From: Psammoneis japonica
Taxonomy: Eukaryota
Assembly: GCA_008632985.1 (NCBI GenBank)
Contig: QPGO01000169.1
Coordinates: 1-64,000, forward strand
Direction: 5' to 3'
DNA: 64,000 nucleotides
Shown: positions 26,460 through 38,829 of the stretch, one piece after another
Position numbering within the stretch: position 1 is the first letter of the stretch
Layout: each line of letters opens with the position of its first letter
Made by a program: the position numbers and the translations under genes
The notes under the pieces: generated by a model
Seen by the model: the letters and a program-made list of their open reading frames with translations, nothing else
What the model was told of the DNA's origin: nothing
The model's database searches: none

Positions 26460-26949
26460 GATGCAATTGAAACTTCTAGGCCCTGGGTGCATGACACACA
26501 GAGTCGTTCTATGCTGGGAAACACACACGTTTTCCCGCAAAAAATGTCTCTAAAAATTGACACTACTTTGCCGTTACGAGATTGGATCCATTCGATTCAA
26601 ATTGTTGATCCGAAAAATACAGCAGTTAGACTTTCACCCCGGCGAGAGCCACAAAATACGCAAGACATGAGCATTGTCGGTTTCCTGTCCTTTAAAACAA
26701 TGTCTTGCGAGAATAGAGCAAGCATGCATTGTTCATGGTGCCGGGCATTTGAACATGAAACTAACTTTTCGCGGAGCACTGTCATACGAGAAAGCACAAG
26801 GGACGATGCGATTTTTAGTGATGGATCTGCAACCAACTGAGTTGGGTCTAGATTGAGACACCTGAACAGTGCAATGGTGACAAGATGCAAACACAGTCAC
26901 CAGCACAGAGAGTCTTGATTGGTTTCAAATGCATCAAGTGGGTTCACGT

Positions 26950-28825
26950 GGGAGTTCTGCAGAAACTCGTCTTCAAACATCCATGCCTTCACATCCAACA
27001 GAAGCATTGTTCAAAGCAACATCCTCGCAGACTTGCAAACTTTCAGACTCGTTGGACAATGAGAAGGATGGTGCAGTCAATGCAGGACGATTCTTTGGAG
27101 GACTGGGGAAGGAACATGGCCCCATGCCATTTTGAAAGGAATTCTCCTCGCCGTCAGGATGGCAGTTCTCCTTCTCCTGCATGCCATTTTCATCAGAATG
27201 CATGGGCTCTTCCTCATGTCCTCCATCATGCCCTCCATCATGTCCATGGGAGCTGCGACGATCATGGGAGGAGGAGCTGGGAGGTTGGTTTTGGTTGCAG
27301 TGGCGATCATCTTTGCAGCCACTAGAAGCAGCGACATGGTGCCTCTCTTCTTGATCACCCGTGCTTCGGCCAGACCGACTTTGATTGCGGCGAGAGATGC
27401 TGTCAGAGTGACTGCACTCCCTGTCACTGGTGCGAGTGCTCTCACCACGGCGAGAGATGCTGTCAGAGCGACTGTGCTCCCCATCACTGGTGCAAGTGCT
27501 CTCACCGCGGCGAGAGATGCTGTCAGAGCGACTGTGCTCCCTGTCACTGGTGCGAGCACTCTCACCGCGGCGAGAGATGCTGCGACGGCAGTGAGAGCGA
27601 GAGCGACTGCGACGGCGTTGAGAGCGAAACGATTGTGGCAGCGATGGGAATCACTGCAGTCACTCTCACTGTCGCTGGAGCTTGGACTGTGGCAAGAGCG
27701 GCTGCGGCCTCTGCTCCTGTGTCCTCTTGAATGACCACGATGACTGCTGCTGTGGCGTCAATTGCGGGAACGACCACGACGCCTTGTTTGTTCTTGGCAA
27801 CAGGAATCATCAGACTGCCTCTGACCATGTGGCATTGGATGCCCGGAGCCAAGCTTTTTGAGGAAAAAGAGAAAAGGCCAGTGAGTGGAGTCAAAGAAAT
27901 CAAAAAGAAATGAAAGATGTGAAAGATGCATGAATGCAGCAAAGCAATGATGTGATGCTCACAACGAACTGCCCATTGGAAGCATTCAGTGATTGTGTGC
28001 ATTCCTTCTTTGCATCTAGAGCATTCTTCTTCTCCTGCTTTTTCAAATCAACTTTGATTTGCTCTTTCACCCTGAATTCTTTGACACATGACAGGCTCGC
28101 TTGTTTCTTCTTTTCACACACGTCGTCCTGCGAGGCATTGTTGCTGGAGCTCTTGTTCTTCCTGTTGGACTCTTTGGCTGCTGCAAGCTGCTGTTTCAAT
28201 GACTCGATTTGTTTGTTCTTTCTCTTCAAATCCTTTTCCATGCTCTCCAGCTCCTTCTTGTCTCGTCGCGACTGCTCAACCGCGGCATTCTTTGCGCTCT
28301 GAATTTCGTAGAACTTGTTTTGAAGCGTTGCCTTTGACTGGGCCATCTTGACAAGACTGCCATGCATGGACTTCACATTGTCATGCATGGAATCGATGGA
28401 TGTGGCTGCTGCTGCCTCCAAGTGTCCATGGCTGTTGTGCTTTTCTGCCAAAGTCTTCTCCAATTTTTCAATGCACTCATTCGCCAGCACGACTGCATTT
28501 GTGCAGGGGGCAACCTTCTTTCCCCCCTTGGCTTTGTGACAGCACCCGGCAAGTCCTTCTTGTAAAGCTCATTCTGTTTTGGAGGCAGCAGTGGCTTCTG
28601 AGGTGGTGCAGGAATGTGATCGGGTGCAGGGATTGACGGTGGTGTTGGCTCGGTTTCGGTGCGCGTCGGAACTTCGGTCCTTTCTCTTGGTGGGTCCCAC
28701 TCTGGAGACACTGTTGATGAATCTTGTGACATGATGTCATCATGGCAACTTGGAGCCATTGCCCAAGGGGCGTGGGAGTACAACGAGCTGCCGCCGGCTC
28801 TCATTCGACTGAGTTTGTTTGTCAT
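26950..28825 (-). pseudogene. Second, convergent ORF inside the Tc1 element (coiled-coil + Arg/Ser-rich repeats), disrupted
   Basis: Pro-rich N-terminus, coiled-coil segment 27900..28490, RS-rich frame across ~27390-27780. Confidence 0.5.
27387..27582. repeat. 60-bp tandem repeat, ~3.3 copies
   Basis: Unit CGGCGAGAGATGCTGTCAGAGYGACTG..CTCCC..TCACTGGTGCRAG..CTCTCACCR repeated. Confidence 0.92.
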
Positions 28826-31318
28826 GGCGTCGTTTTTGTGCTTTTTTTGTGCATTGCGGTGAGCGGAGCGACTGCAGAAAAAAATCGACGTTCGCGCGGG
28901 GGCACCTGCGCGCAAGGCACAACACGCAAATTTTTGCATGTGGCACTGAAACATGCAGCCTACATGTGCAAAACTGGTGCAGTTTCTACGACAAAAATCC
29001 AAAAAAAACGCCCAGTTCGTGAGAAAGCTCTGGTGCAAAACCCACGTGAACAGTCCCCACACATTCACGCAGAACTCTGCACATTTCCGGGTTGCGGGTC
29101 CCTCCGCATTTGTGGGGTCCCACAATGATGATGCTGCTGGATGTTCGTTGTTCATGTTCTGGGGGGCATCTTTGGAAGTGAGATCGTCGAAGGCGGTCTG
29201 ATCACCAGTGCGTTTGGGGGTTTTCCCAGTGCAATTTGTGCGCACAAGAAAACACGTAGGATCTGTCCAGAGGTCCCAAATGCCCAATTGCACTGATTGA
29301 CAGACTGTTTTGGTGCAAATTCTATGTAACTTTCTTTGACAGTCTCACTTCCGAAGACGTCCCCCAGTTCGATTGGGTGGCGGGGACATGCATGCATGTC
29401 GTGCCACAGTGCTAGAGTGGAAAGTCTGTCAATCAGTGCGATTGGGGCATTTGGAACACGCTGGACAGGCACGTGCGTGACTCTTCGACTGATCCGACTG
29501 ATCCGACTGATCCAACTGGAGAAGGAGGGTGCCTCCGAGCCAAGATGACTGGTTTTGGTCTTTTGGATTGTGCCCAGTCAAACATCAGTTTTTTGCTTCT
29601 CACTTTTCCAGCTCTGTTGGAACAGGAACATTGACCACTGTGACTGGATCACATTGCAGCTTGGAAAAGGTTTTCCAGCCTGTTCCAGCCCGAGGGGTGA
29701 TGAGCAATCCACCACGACTCGGAAAAGGTTCTTTGCTCTTCTCTCTCCCATCATGTCTGACTTCTTTGCCTCCACCAGCATTGGCAAAGATGCGCTCATT
29801 CATTTGGCTCATCAACTCAAAACGGGTGTGGTCTTGGTTGCTCCTCCAATCTCCAGCAGCAAAAACCCCATTCGCCCAGTTGCCCAGTGCGGTCTTGGGT
29901 GCCGACATGAGAGGGTTGAGGATTGCCACTCCAAAGATGACCACTGGCCACTTGAGGGGAGACAATTTCCCCCAGCTCCTGCCTGTTCAACATCTGGTTG
30001 AAAATGACCCACTCACTTGAAAGACCTCCTCCAACACTTGAGCCCCCAAAGAAGCCAGTGCTTGGGCCCCCATGACCCCCCTGCTGTGGCAGAGGAGAAA
30101 GGCGTGTCTCTCCTTTGTCATCACATGCTGCACCTTGTTGCTGCATCACCTGGTTGGAAGAGACCACTGACTTGTGTCTCATTGCTTTGGCACCAACAAG
30201 GGAAGCGGGGCCGTGCTGTTCTGTTTCAAGAAAGCAGGTGAGTGCAATGCACAAAGCACAAAGGTGACAATTTGTCAACCCCATTGGATGGTTTGGTGGC
30301 AGTCCTTAAAACTCTAGACACCAGGTTCAGCCAACCCATTTTGGATGGGGGCCTGATGTCAGCTGATGTTCTGGTCAAGTGGAAGTCTGTGAAAGACGAC
30401 ACTTTGGCTGATTGGCAAAAGAAATTCCTTGTCCTGCACAACATTGATGACTGTCCCACAGAGGATGAGGTTGGGGCTTCTCCCTGAGAGACTGTCAAAA
30501 AGCTGCTGAGTTTAAGACTGTTTGGCATTGCCTGGGGCTTCAACAGGTTTGGACTTTGTCTCAGAAGGCTGTCGCCACAACACTGGCTCAGTTCTTGGCT
30601 GCGAACAAGAGTCCATCAGCTTTGGCACATGCACAGGGCAATCAGTGGAGGATGGTTTGCACCAGGTGGGAGAAGTTGTGTTTGAACTGAAAGACAAGGT
30701 GCGTGCAAAAGGGAAGTCCATGGATGGAATGATCCAGCTCTTGAGCCAAAAGCTGGACGAACTGGAGGCAGCTTGGTGAACATCACGGCCGGGTTGCAAG
30801 GCCTCAAGATTGGCTTGTCGCCTGCTGGTGATTTTAAGTCTTGGCTTCAGCAACTTTAGAAGGACTGGACAAATGACTCAAATTTTCCACAACTGCTGCC
30901 CCTCTTTTCTGTCATCAACAGATTCCCACAACCTGCCAGTCAACATCCCATTGTCTCATGACACCAGCCACCCCACTCCACTGCCCCCCTCATCCACTCC
31001 ATTCCATCACACCTTCTTCAGCCTCCCCCGTCATGCCCACCCACCACCTTCCCTCCTTCCCTGGCCGCATCGGATCCCGTGCACAGCTTGACAGTTGCTG
31101 TCCAAAGTCTGATTGCCAGACTGTTTCAGTGCAGAATAATTATACAGAAGATTCTTTGTACAGCAGCTGTCCAGAGACGCCTCCCATGCTAGCCATCCTA
31201 GATCAGTGCTTCAACGAAAAATGATTTGGCATGTTGAACATAGTCCCAACTACTGCTTCACACTTCCACGTCTTAGCATTGCTTCATCTCTATAACATTA
31301 TACTCAGTTCAACCAGCT

Positions 31319-32542
31319 CTACGTTGCTACTGAAACATCACCGGATTGGTTCTGATCAGATTCGTCACTCACATAGTCGGACGGTATAATTTCGATTTGA
31401 TTTTGTTCCACAGCATTTTCCAACACCCAAATGCGAGCCATAAGCTTTGAATTGACCTCTTGCAACGAGCTAACTTGTTGTTTCAGTGAATGCGCTGACA
31501 ATGGATCCTTACACGCTGCCAAAACTATCTTTCCTAGGTTCTCCAAGTCAACATCGTTGACTTGTTGCTGCTGCTTTGCACCACCTTCTCCCTTTCGTGG
31601 TCGAATCACAAATACATCCTCCATAATGGGATCTTCGAGTCCCATGATACTGTTTCCGACGCCGCTACTACTATGGGTGTCGTCTGATCTCGGATGAGCG
31701 TGCAGCTCTACAAGGGAATACCCATGAGAAGTGAGTGTGGCTGTAAGCGACGCGAGGATTCCATCCACATCTGGCCCTTTTACACGAACGGTAGTTGCGT
31801 CCTTTCGTTCATTGTTGGAAACCTGCACCTCAAATGCAAACTCCTGCTTGGTCGACAACGCCTCCAACTTGAGTTGTGTCGATTGTTTTGTATCAATCCA
31901 ATACAGATTGATCAATCCCAGGGTTGCTCCAAAAACAACACCCACGAGCGATCCGGCCAAACTGACACGCTGAACGATGGGTCCCGCTTTCTTTAAAGAT
32001 GGCATGTGTTTGGCACTGGGCAGAATCCCCACCGCCTTGGCTGCCCGTTCAAGGGCATTGCCAAACATGACAGACGCACCGGCAGATACAATCTGTCCGC
32101 AAGCCGCTGCAGCCAAGGTAGACAAACCAAACCATACACCAATGGTACAATCAATGAAATTACCCGCTTGGATCATGATTGTGTTATCCATAAAGCCAAA
32201 TCCTAACATTGGAACGGCGCTGTACTTGAATACAGTCCATAGCTGCCTCGCGGATGTGTTGCTTTTGTTGTCATGGTTTGAGCGAGAAACTGTTCCAGAA
32301 TAATTTCTAGTGATTTGTCGATGATGATTCCTTGACGGTGAAGCAATGACTACTTGTCGGCATGAGGGAGGGACACTGCAGCTTTCTTGTCTGAAAACGG
32401 TATTGTGCATTTTCATCATGCCAGTCGAAAGAATCTTTTTTCGGTTCGAGTTATAGCCAACGTGCATTACTCTTGTCGATACTTTCGTCCTTGTCAATGA
32501 CAGCATGCATCGACTGGTAGTCATATGTGATAAGGAGAACAT
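31319..32542 (-). CDS. TMEM65: TMEM65-like mitochondrial membrane protein with C-terminal ACT-like domain and coiled coil
   Basis: AVPMLGFGFMDNTIMIQAGNFIDCTIG...LSTLAAAACGQIVS is the TMEM65 motif. TTVRVKGPDVDGILASLTATL...SLVELHA is ACT-like. The N-terminus is basic and Ser/Thr-rich. Confidence 0.8.
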   Translation of the reverse strand: MFSLSHMTTSRCMLSLTRTKVSTRVMHVGYNSNRKKILSTGMMKMHNTVFRQESCSVPPSCRQVVIASPSRNHHRQITRNYSGTVSRSNHDNKSNTSARQLWTVFKYSAVPMLGFGFMDNTIMIQAGNFIDCTIGVWFGLSTLAAAACGQIVSAGASVMFGNALERAAKAVGILPSAKHMPSLKKAGPIVQRVSLAGSLVGVVFGATLGLINLYWIDTKQSTQLKLEALSTKQEFAFEVQVSNNERKDATTVRVKGPDVDGILASLTATLTSHGYSLVELHAHPRSDDTHSSSGVGNSIMGLEDPIMEDVFVIRPRKGEGGAKQQQQVNDVDLENLGKIVLAACKDPLSAHSLKQQVSSLQEVNSKLMARIWVLENAVEQNQIEIIPSDYVSDESDQNQSGDVSVAT

Positions 32543-33004
32543 GATGTTTGATTAGACTCTATGAAAAGAGAATAGTATTCGCACTACAACGTCTCCAACA
32601 AGCCCTTTGTTGCAATTTCGTGAGCATTTTTTTTTCTGGGTGATTGCTTCACGTCGCATTTTTTAGATTTTTGTGATTTGCCCAAGTGGGCACAAAGCTC
32701 TTTCAAGTCGCGCGAATGCTCGCGCGAGGCAGGTGTCGCATCTTTTTGACACAAAAACCAAAAAACAAAGAAGCCAACAACGCGACGAAGCACGACGGCA
32801 ACCTGCTGCTTTGTCTGGAATACAGTCTAACGTGAGAGTAAGAGGGAATACCGTAATGAAAGCGTGTGATTCTTGTGCTTCGAAAAAATGAGAAATTGCT
32901 CATGCGGTCCATGATATCGTGCTCAAGATCTTTTTTGTTGTACTTTTTGTCGCTACGCGCAGGCCAGAAGCCATAGTACAGTATATATTTCTAGAGATAT
33001 CATA

Positions 33005-33259
33005 ATGTCATCATCATCTTCTTCAGACACGTCCGATCAAGTGATTTCAAAAGTCATGCAGAGTGGTGCTCAAAACATGGCATTGTATACGACAGTCGGT
33101 CTATTGGTCGGCGGAGCTGCCGGCATGGTGCTATCTCGAGGTGGTGGTGCCGGACGCAAGGTTTTGACGGGGCTTGGAGGCGGATTAGGATTTGGTTCGG
33201 CATGGGCAAAGTGCTCCATGGAACTCGATGCTGCATGGGATGATGAGAAAAAGGACTAA
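33005..33259 (+). CDS. MIC10: MICOS complex subunit Mic10-like
   Basis: 84 aa with two Gly-rich TM segments (GLLVGGAAGMVL; GLGGGLGFGSAW) separated by a short basic loop. Confidence 0.75.
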   Translation: MSSSSSSDTSDQVISKVMQSGAQNMALYTTVGLLVGGAAGMVLSRGGGAGRKVLTGLGGGLGFGSAWAKCSMELDAAWDDEKKD

Positions 33260-33472
33260 AAATGTATGGTGAAAGCGTTCTGAATACAACCTTACAGAAT
33301 AGTGGAAGAGTGATCTCGTTTTGCTCACAAGCCGAGAGGCTCGAATACGAAGTAAGCGTATTGTTTAAGGATTAACTGCTGAATTAGCTCCTTAAGTCAT
33401 TATCTTTCCCTGTTTCCTTAGTGAACCCCCTTGCAGATGTTTATGTCTAACACCTGATTTCCCAACCTCTTC

Positions 33473-34723
33473 TTACGCTGTGGAGTTTGACGTCATTATC
33501 CCAACAAACGCAATCCACAGAATAGGAACTACCCACAAGGCCAAGAGCATCAACACACTCGACCATTTGAAAAAGACTCTTGACGTTTTTGTTTTCTTGT
33601 CGTACTGCTTGAAAAAGACTCCATAATAGCACAACAACCCAAACGCCGCCGACCCAATCCCGCCCCATACGGAATTGAATGGACAAACAACGTCATATAC
33701 CAGCAGCAGCACCGACATGCAAAGAGCAATAAAGCGTCGTCGTGGTGATTCAATCACTTGAGCGCTCAACACGCCGCCCGTTCCCAAGGAGGCGCCGCCC
33801 GTGGCGTTGTTGCCGTTTCCAAATGCCATGGCCATCAGTAGACCCGATAGGGTTGAACCAAGATATAAAAACACAATGCGCGCTGTGCGATTGGTCGGAC
33901 GTCGTTGATCTTTTTGTAGCGATGTCTCGGCATTCAGAGATGCCTCTTGCTGTGGCCTTATGCGTCCATCTTGCAGTGACAGTGCATAGTACCACGAGGC
34001 AAAGATCAAGATCCATTCCATCCAACTTGTACTCATAGCACAACAAGTTAGAAATCTCCAGCATTGATTGTAGTGAATGGCATTGTAAGGAACAAAGGCA
34101 CCAAATCGAACCAGAGTGGATGTACTTGGTGCTCCCCATGGCCATGTTATTCCTGACGACGACGACGACCGTCCCGAGCGAAACAAAACGTACCACATAA
34201 AGGCATCGTGCAAGCTCATGGCAGACAAGTGCAAGAGGGATAAAATTACAACCCAGTTATAGCCTCCAGGTTGACAACACCAACAAGAATTCTTTTCTTT
34301 GGATAAATCTTCGTCATCGTCACCCCAGAGTGGGTGAATAGGTGTACTGCTACCGCCTCCTCGTGTTTTTCGCCGCCGCCGCTGATTGCTACTCCCCAGC
34401 AAGGAGGATCGTTCATTGACAAAGGAATTATCATTAAAGGATTGCTGTTGTTCAATGGAGTTATTCAGAGCAATATGATAAGGCAGTGTTGCCGAATTGG
34501 CTTCTTCGTCATCCTCGTCGTGATACATGGCTGCTGCGGTGCTGCTGCTAGCATAACGATCCTGTGGTGGAGGACCAATTTTCTTTTTCTCAGTTTTTTG
34601 CTTTGCTGCATTATTTTGATTCCGCAATGAAGCAAAGGGTGAAAGGAAATCGTCATCCTCGTCTTCACTGCTCTCATCATGAAGAGTGGCAGAAACGAGA
34701 CTTTGAACGCTCGTGTCCATCAT
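33473..34723 (-). CDS. Rhomboid-like membrane protein, probably catalytically inactive
   Basis: GAPSTSTLVRFGA...WRFLT...LYLGS...GGASLG with several TM helices after an acidic disordered N-terminus. Confidence 0.65.
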   Translation of the reverse strand: MMDTSVQSLVSATLHDESSEDEDDDFLSPFASLRNQNNAAKQKTEKKKIGPPPQDRYASSSTAAAMYHDEDDEEANSATLPYHIALNNSIEQQQSFNDNSFVNERSSLLGSSNQRRRRKTRGGGSSTPIHPLWGDDDEDLSKEKNSCWCCQPGGYNWVVILSLLHLSAMSLHDAFMWYVLFRSGRSSSSSGITWPWGAPSTSTLVRFGAFVPYNAIHYNQCWRFLTCCAMSTSWMEWILIFASWYYALSLQDGRIRPQQEASLNAETSLQKDQRRPTNRTARIVFLYLGSTLSGLLMAMAFGNGNNATGGASLGTGGVLSAQVIESPRRRFIALCMSVLLLVYDVVCPFNSVWGGIGSAAFGLLCYYGVFFKQYDKKTKTSRVFFKWSSVLMLLALWVVPILWIAFVGIMTSNSTA

Positions 34724-37700
34724 CGTGTTGTTGATAATTGTCCTTACAGAGTCGTTTCGCTCGTGCTTGGCAATGCAGAAAGGAGTCCACGTAGACTTGT
34801 AAACAGGAGAACAGCACGAAAACTCTACAGAAACATGATGGTTTCCAGTTTCCAGTTTGTTGTTTGTTGCGAGTATCTCTAGGGCCCTAACAGTGTGCCG
34901 TGCGGAACCCAAAAGGATGCTGAATGCTGAGAGATGACGCGCGGGGGACAGTGCAGACAGAAGCGAGCAAATAGTCTACGTGCGGAAGTTCAACGGAACA
35001 CACGAAACCCAACAGTGATGACGCTGGCATCTACCTTGTTCCATTTATCATCGATCGCTTGGGAGCTCCCGGCTGCTTTGCTCACCGTCTCCTTTTTGGA
35101 GCTCACCAGGAACACCCCGTCCCCCTGCTCCACCTGCCCCTCCTTGGACCACTGCCTGAATCCTCCTTTCAACACCCAGCTGCCCTTGCCACGTGCGCCT
35201 GCGCCCAACCATCACCATCTGCTGTCCTCCCAGCTGCCACCACCACTTGGAAAAACACCTCTACTGCATGCTTTGGCTTGACCCACCACATGTCTGCTCC
35301 ACCACAATGGGGCCTTGAAAGCCCCTCAGCTTTGCAATTGCCAAGTCGCTTGCTGACCAACTCACTCGCTGCTCCACCAAACTGCAGCCCCAACTCACCA
35401 CCCCACCCCCAGACCCATTCCCGTCCCCACCTGCATGACCCAGCACACAGCTCCACCCTTGCTCTGTGTCTGAACCCCCCCCCCCCCCCGGTGCTGCCAG
35501 GTGACGTTCTTGCACGCAAGCTTTTCTCCCCACGTGCGTGCACTGCTGGGTGGTTTCCCTGACCAACAAACATGCACGAGGACAGAAAAATTGTCCCGCT
35601 GTCACTGGCAATTTCCAGAAGCTCAGTCAGATCTACAGACAGCTCAGCTGTTGTCCCGCCCCACCCACTCCTTTGCTCAGAGCTCTGGTGGGCTTGGGCC
35701 CCAACATCAGGAGCTCTCAAAGCCTGCCAGCTTCAAACTCCCAGCACAATGCAGCCCCCACTTCCATTGTGCACAGCCAGCCATGTGCAACAATTTCACA
35801 CAAAATTGCTGAAAACCATGCGCTTCTGTTGTGCAATGCCGTTTTTTTCTTTTTGCCGTGTTTGAGGAGACTCTTGCCCATTCCGAAAGTGGACTTGCCA
35901 TGGTGTGGCAAGTCCAGTGCACCCATGATGGGAGCCATTCCCTTTGGCATGTCTGCCATTCCACCGTCCATGCTCACTTGGGGATTTGAGGCTGAAGCAC
36001 AGTGTGTCGCGGCCAAGAGAAGGAGGCATGCCAAGAGCAAACAAAGTGGCTCTGCCCTTGGCATCAGCAGCAGCTGTGATGCATCATCATCGGGTGCTGA
36101 CAGTGATGGGTTGTTGTGTGCCAGTGACTGAGAGCAGGCCTGCCTTGCCATCATTGGGCGGAGTGCAGTCGGAGGAGAGTCTGAGTCCACTCCCAACTGG
36201 GAGGTCTGCAAGTGGTGCAGAAGAGAGAAGGAGAAGACCTCCCACGGATCACAACGTACCAGGCTAACTGGCGCAGCTTAAAAAAATTGCACCGTGTGAT
36301 TTTTTTGGTTCATGGCACAAAAACGAGAAATTCTGCGCAGAATTTGCGCAGCCACCATGGCGAATTTGTGTCGCCTCCCCATGTTGTTGTCACCGTTTTT
36401 CACAAGGTGAGTCACTCAGGACATTGTCGACATTTGTCTGTGGCACCACTGTGTGTTGGCTCAATTTTGACAAGTGCCACTCCGCGCAAGAATGTCGATT
36501 TCGATTCCTTCGGTGTGTGAGTCTGCTGCTGTTGTCATCATTCCGGTGTGTTTCATCAAGTTTGTTGTTGTTTCCTTCCTCTCATCCCTTGACCTATGCA
36601 CCATTCATTTCACAATAAACACAGACAAGAGGTGATGGTGTGTGGGACTCCTTTGGGGTGTTTGAGGTGAGCTCTGGATGTCGCGGTTCGTGGTTGGTGT
36701 GTTTCCAACAGACAACAGTGGTCCGGCACTTGTTCTGTTTGTTTCTTGGTCTGCACGCAGATTCTTCCAAACAAAAGGGCCTCATGCTTTACTTTGTGGA
36801 ATGTTTTGATGATGCAAGCAGTGGTGTTCATGGATCATTTGTTGACATGGCATGTGAGTTCTCTGGCAAACTAGGTGGCCTTCCAAGAAATTCCTTGAAG
36901 ACCTCTCTGCATCCGACAACATTGTGGACACCCTGATCCATTTGACAACCCAGAAAACATGGTGTCATCAGGAGCTCAAATGATGTCAATCTCTTGGAGG
37001 ACATCTTTGCAGGTTGCAACAACGTCATTTGTGGTGGATCAGTTGGTTTCAAGCAGCATTTGCGCAGGTGGGAAAAGGACGTGTACGTGGTTGCGCTGGC
37101 AATGTTTGATTCGGAGAAGATTTGTGACAGAAACATCACTCCTGTGGGAACCATTCAGATGCTGTTGGGAGGGCTTTGTGGCATTCTTGTCGGAGGTGCA
37201 AAGCATCGTGCGATTGGCCTGGGTTTTGTTGTGCACTCAGCTCACTCCATGCAATGAGCAGCATCGATTTTTTGCATCGAGTGACCTTTGCCTCAGAATT
37301 GAGCTGGGCATCTTTTCACAGTTTTGTTGCAACTCTCTTAGCTCCTTCTTTGTTTTATTTTCTTGCGGACCTCCTTTTGACTTCAATCCAGCCGTGTCGA
37401 CGACGACTCAACCCGAGTTTCCCGATTCGTCACACTTCACATTGTGCTTGTGTTCCTCTTCTGTCAATCAACTTTTCAGTTGAAAGAGATGCACTCGTGT
37501 TGTTTTGGACTGGTGGTGAGCAGACGGGGTGCTGAATGAAGTTCAAAAGCATGAAGAATTGAACCTCTTGGTGCCGGCCGGTGCAACAAATCTGAAACTG
37601 CCGCCATTGGGGTGGAGGGCAGACGTTTTGTGCCATTGCCGCTGCGTTGAACGTGATTCATGTGAGGTGCGTAGAAATCACGTAGAAATCTGTCTGTGCG

Positions 37701-38829
37701 CCAGTTAAGGCGGACCGTCGGCTCATTTTTTTCGCACGTCTTTTCCGGGTTTTTCAGCATTTTTGACGGGTCGCGACAGAAAACAACACGACAAAAGCAC
37801 GAGTGACAATGATGATGTTCGCGACGAGCGGTGAGTTGCAAAGCATCACCTCACGAGGGACACTCATTGGTTTTATTGTCGTGATGTGGTGCAGATTGAT
37901 TTGTGTGCTTTCGTCCCTCGTGCCGCTGGGCCAATTTTGAGAGATAGCGTGATGGCCGTCATCGTCGTGCTTCGATCGCGGTGCCTGGCTGTTCTCGTTT
38001 TCGAGGGCGATCGAACAATTCTTGCATTTAAAGTTGATAAATGCAAGTGAACGCACTCAAACACAATGCCAATTTTTGGGACAAACGCTGAAAAAACAGG
38101 TCGGGGAGTTGCAGGAAAAAACAATTGTTGCACTGCTGCTTGATGGCACGGATGATGTGACACGCGGCAGCTTTTTTTGTGGCATTGTTTGTCTGCCGCA
38201 TTGCCCCGCAAACAACATCATCATCTTGTCTGCCAGTTGTCATGCTGGGTGTGTCTGTCATGGAAACGAACAGAGGGCTGTTTTGTGCTTTTGATTTTTG
38301 TTGCTGAGAATCTTGAAATTTGCCATGCGAGAGGAAAAAGTGAGTGCTTTTGGTTGAAGAGAAATGGAGTCAACCAACCACAAGCTTCAACGGGTGTGAG
38401 ACAAGAGTGTGGTTTTGAAGCTCGGCATCGGCATCTCTGTCGCACGGCATGACATCCCCATCATCTGCGCGCGGAATCATCAGAAATAAAAAATGCATGT
38501 GCTGATGCACTGCCGGCGTCTGTCTGCACCCCGCAAGGCTTGCCACGAAAAAGCGCGTGAAGCACACGTCACAATTGCATCATCGGTGGGTGCATTTTCA
38601 TCCCCGGGCGCGCTGCCGCCACCCGCCCGTGCGTCACGGAGATGCAGTCCGGCGCGTGCTGTGGGCCCTGTGACAGTGCTGTGGGGCCCTGCTGCAGGTC
38701 TGCCTGTGGTGGGGAGGAGGGGTTCGCTTTTGCTCGCGATCGAACTCGCGAGGCGTTGCATCGACAATGAGATTAAGGAACGTTCATGGCAACATCATCT
38801 TGGCGACAACATGCTTTCTACTGTCAATT

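Larger units (their letters stand above)
24867..28922. mobile_element. IS630/Tc1/mariner DNA transposon, ~4.06 kb, 30-bp TIRs, TA target site
   Basis: TIRs are TTATGCCTTGCGCGCAGGTGCCCCCGCGCG (24867-24896) and CGCGCGGGGGCACCTGCGCGCAAGGCACAA (28893-28922). TA lies at 24865-66, and the right copy now reads CA at 28923-24. Confidence 0.9.
24818..29128. mobile_element. Palindromic MITE-like element (same family as 49000..49252) split by a Tc1/IS630 insertion
   Basis: Left arm CATCGTGAGACCCCACAAATACGGAGGGACCC and right arm GGGTCCCTCCGCATTTGTGGGGTCCCACAATG are near-inverted. Halves 24818-24866 and 28923-29128 join to match 49000-49252. Confidence 0.88.

Noticed and set aside
27387..27582. CRISPR-like periodic repeat
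   Set aside because: The whole 60-bp unit repeats with no unique spacers, there are no cas genes, and the context is eukaryotic.
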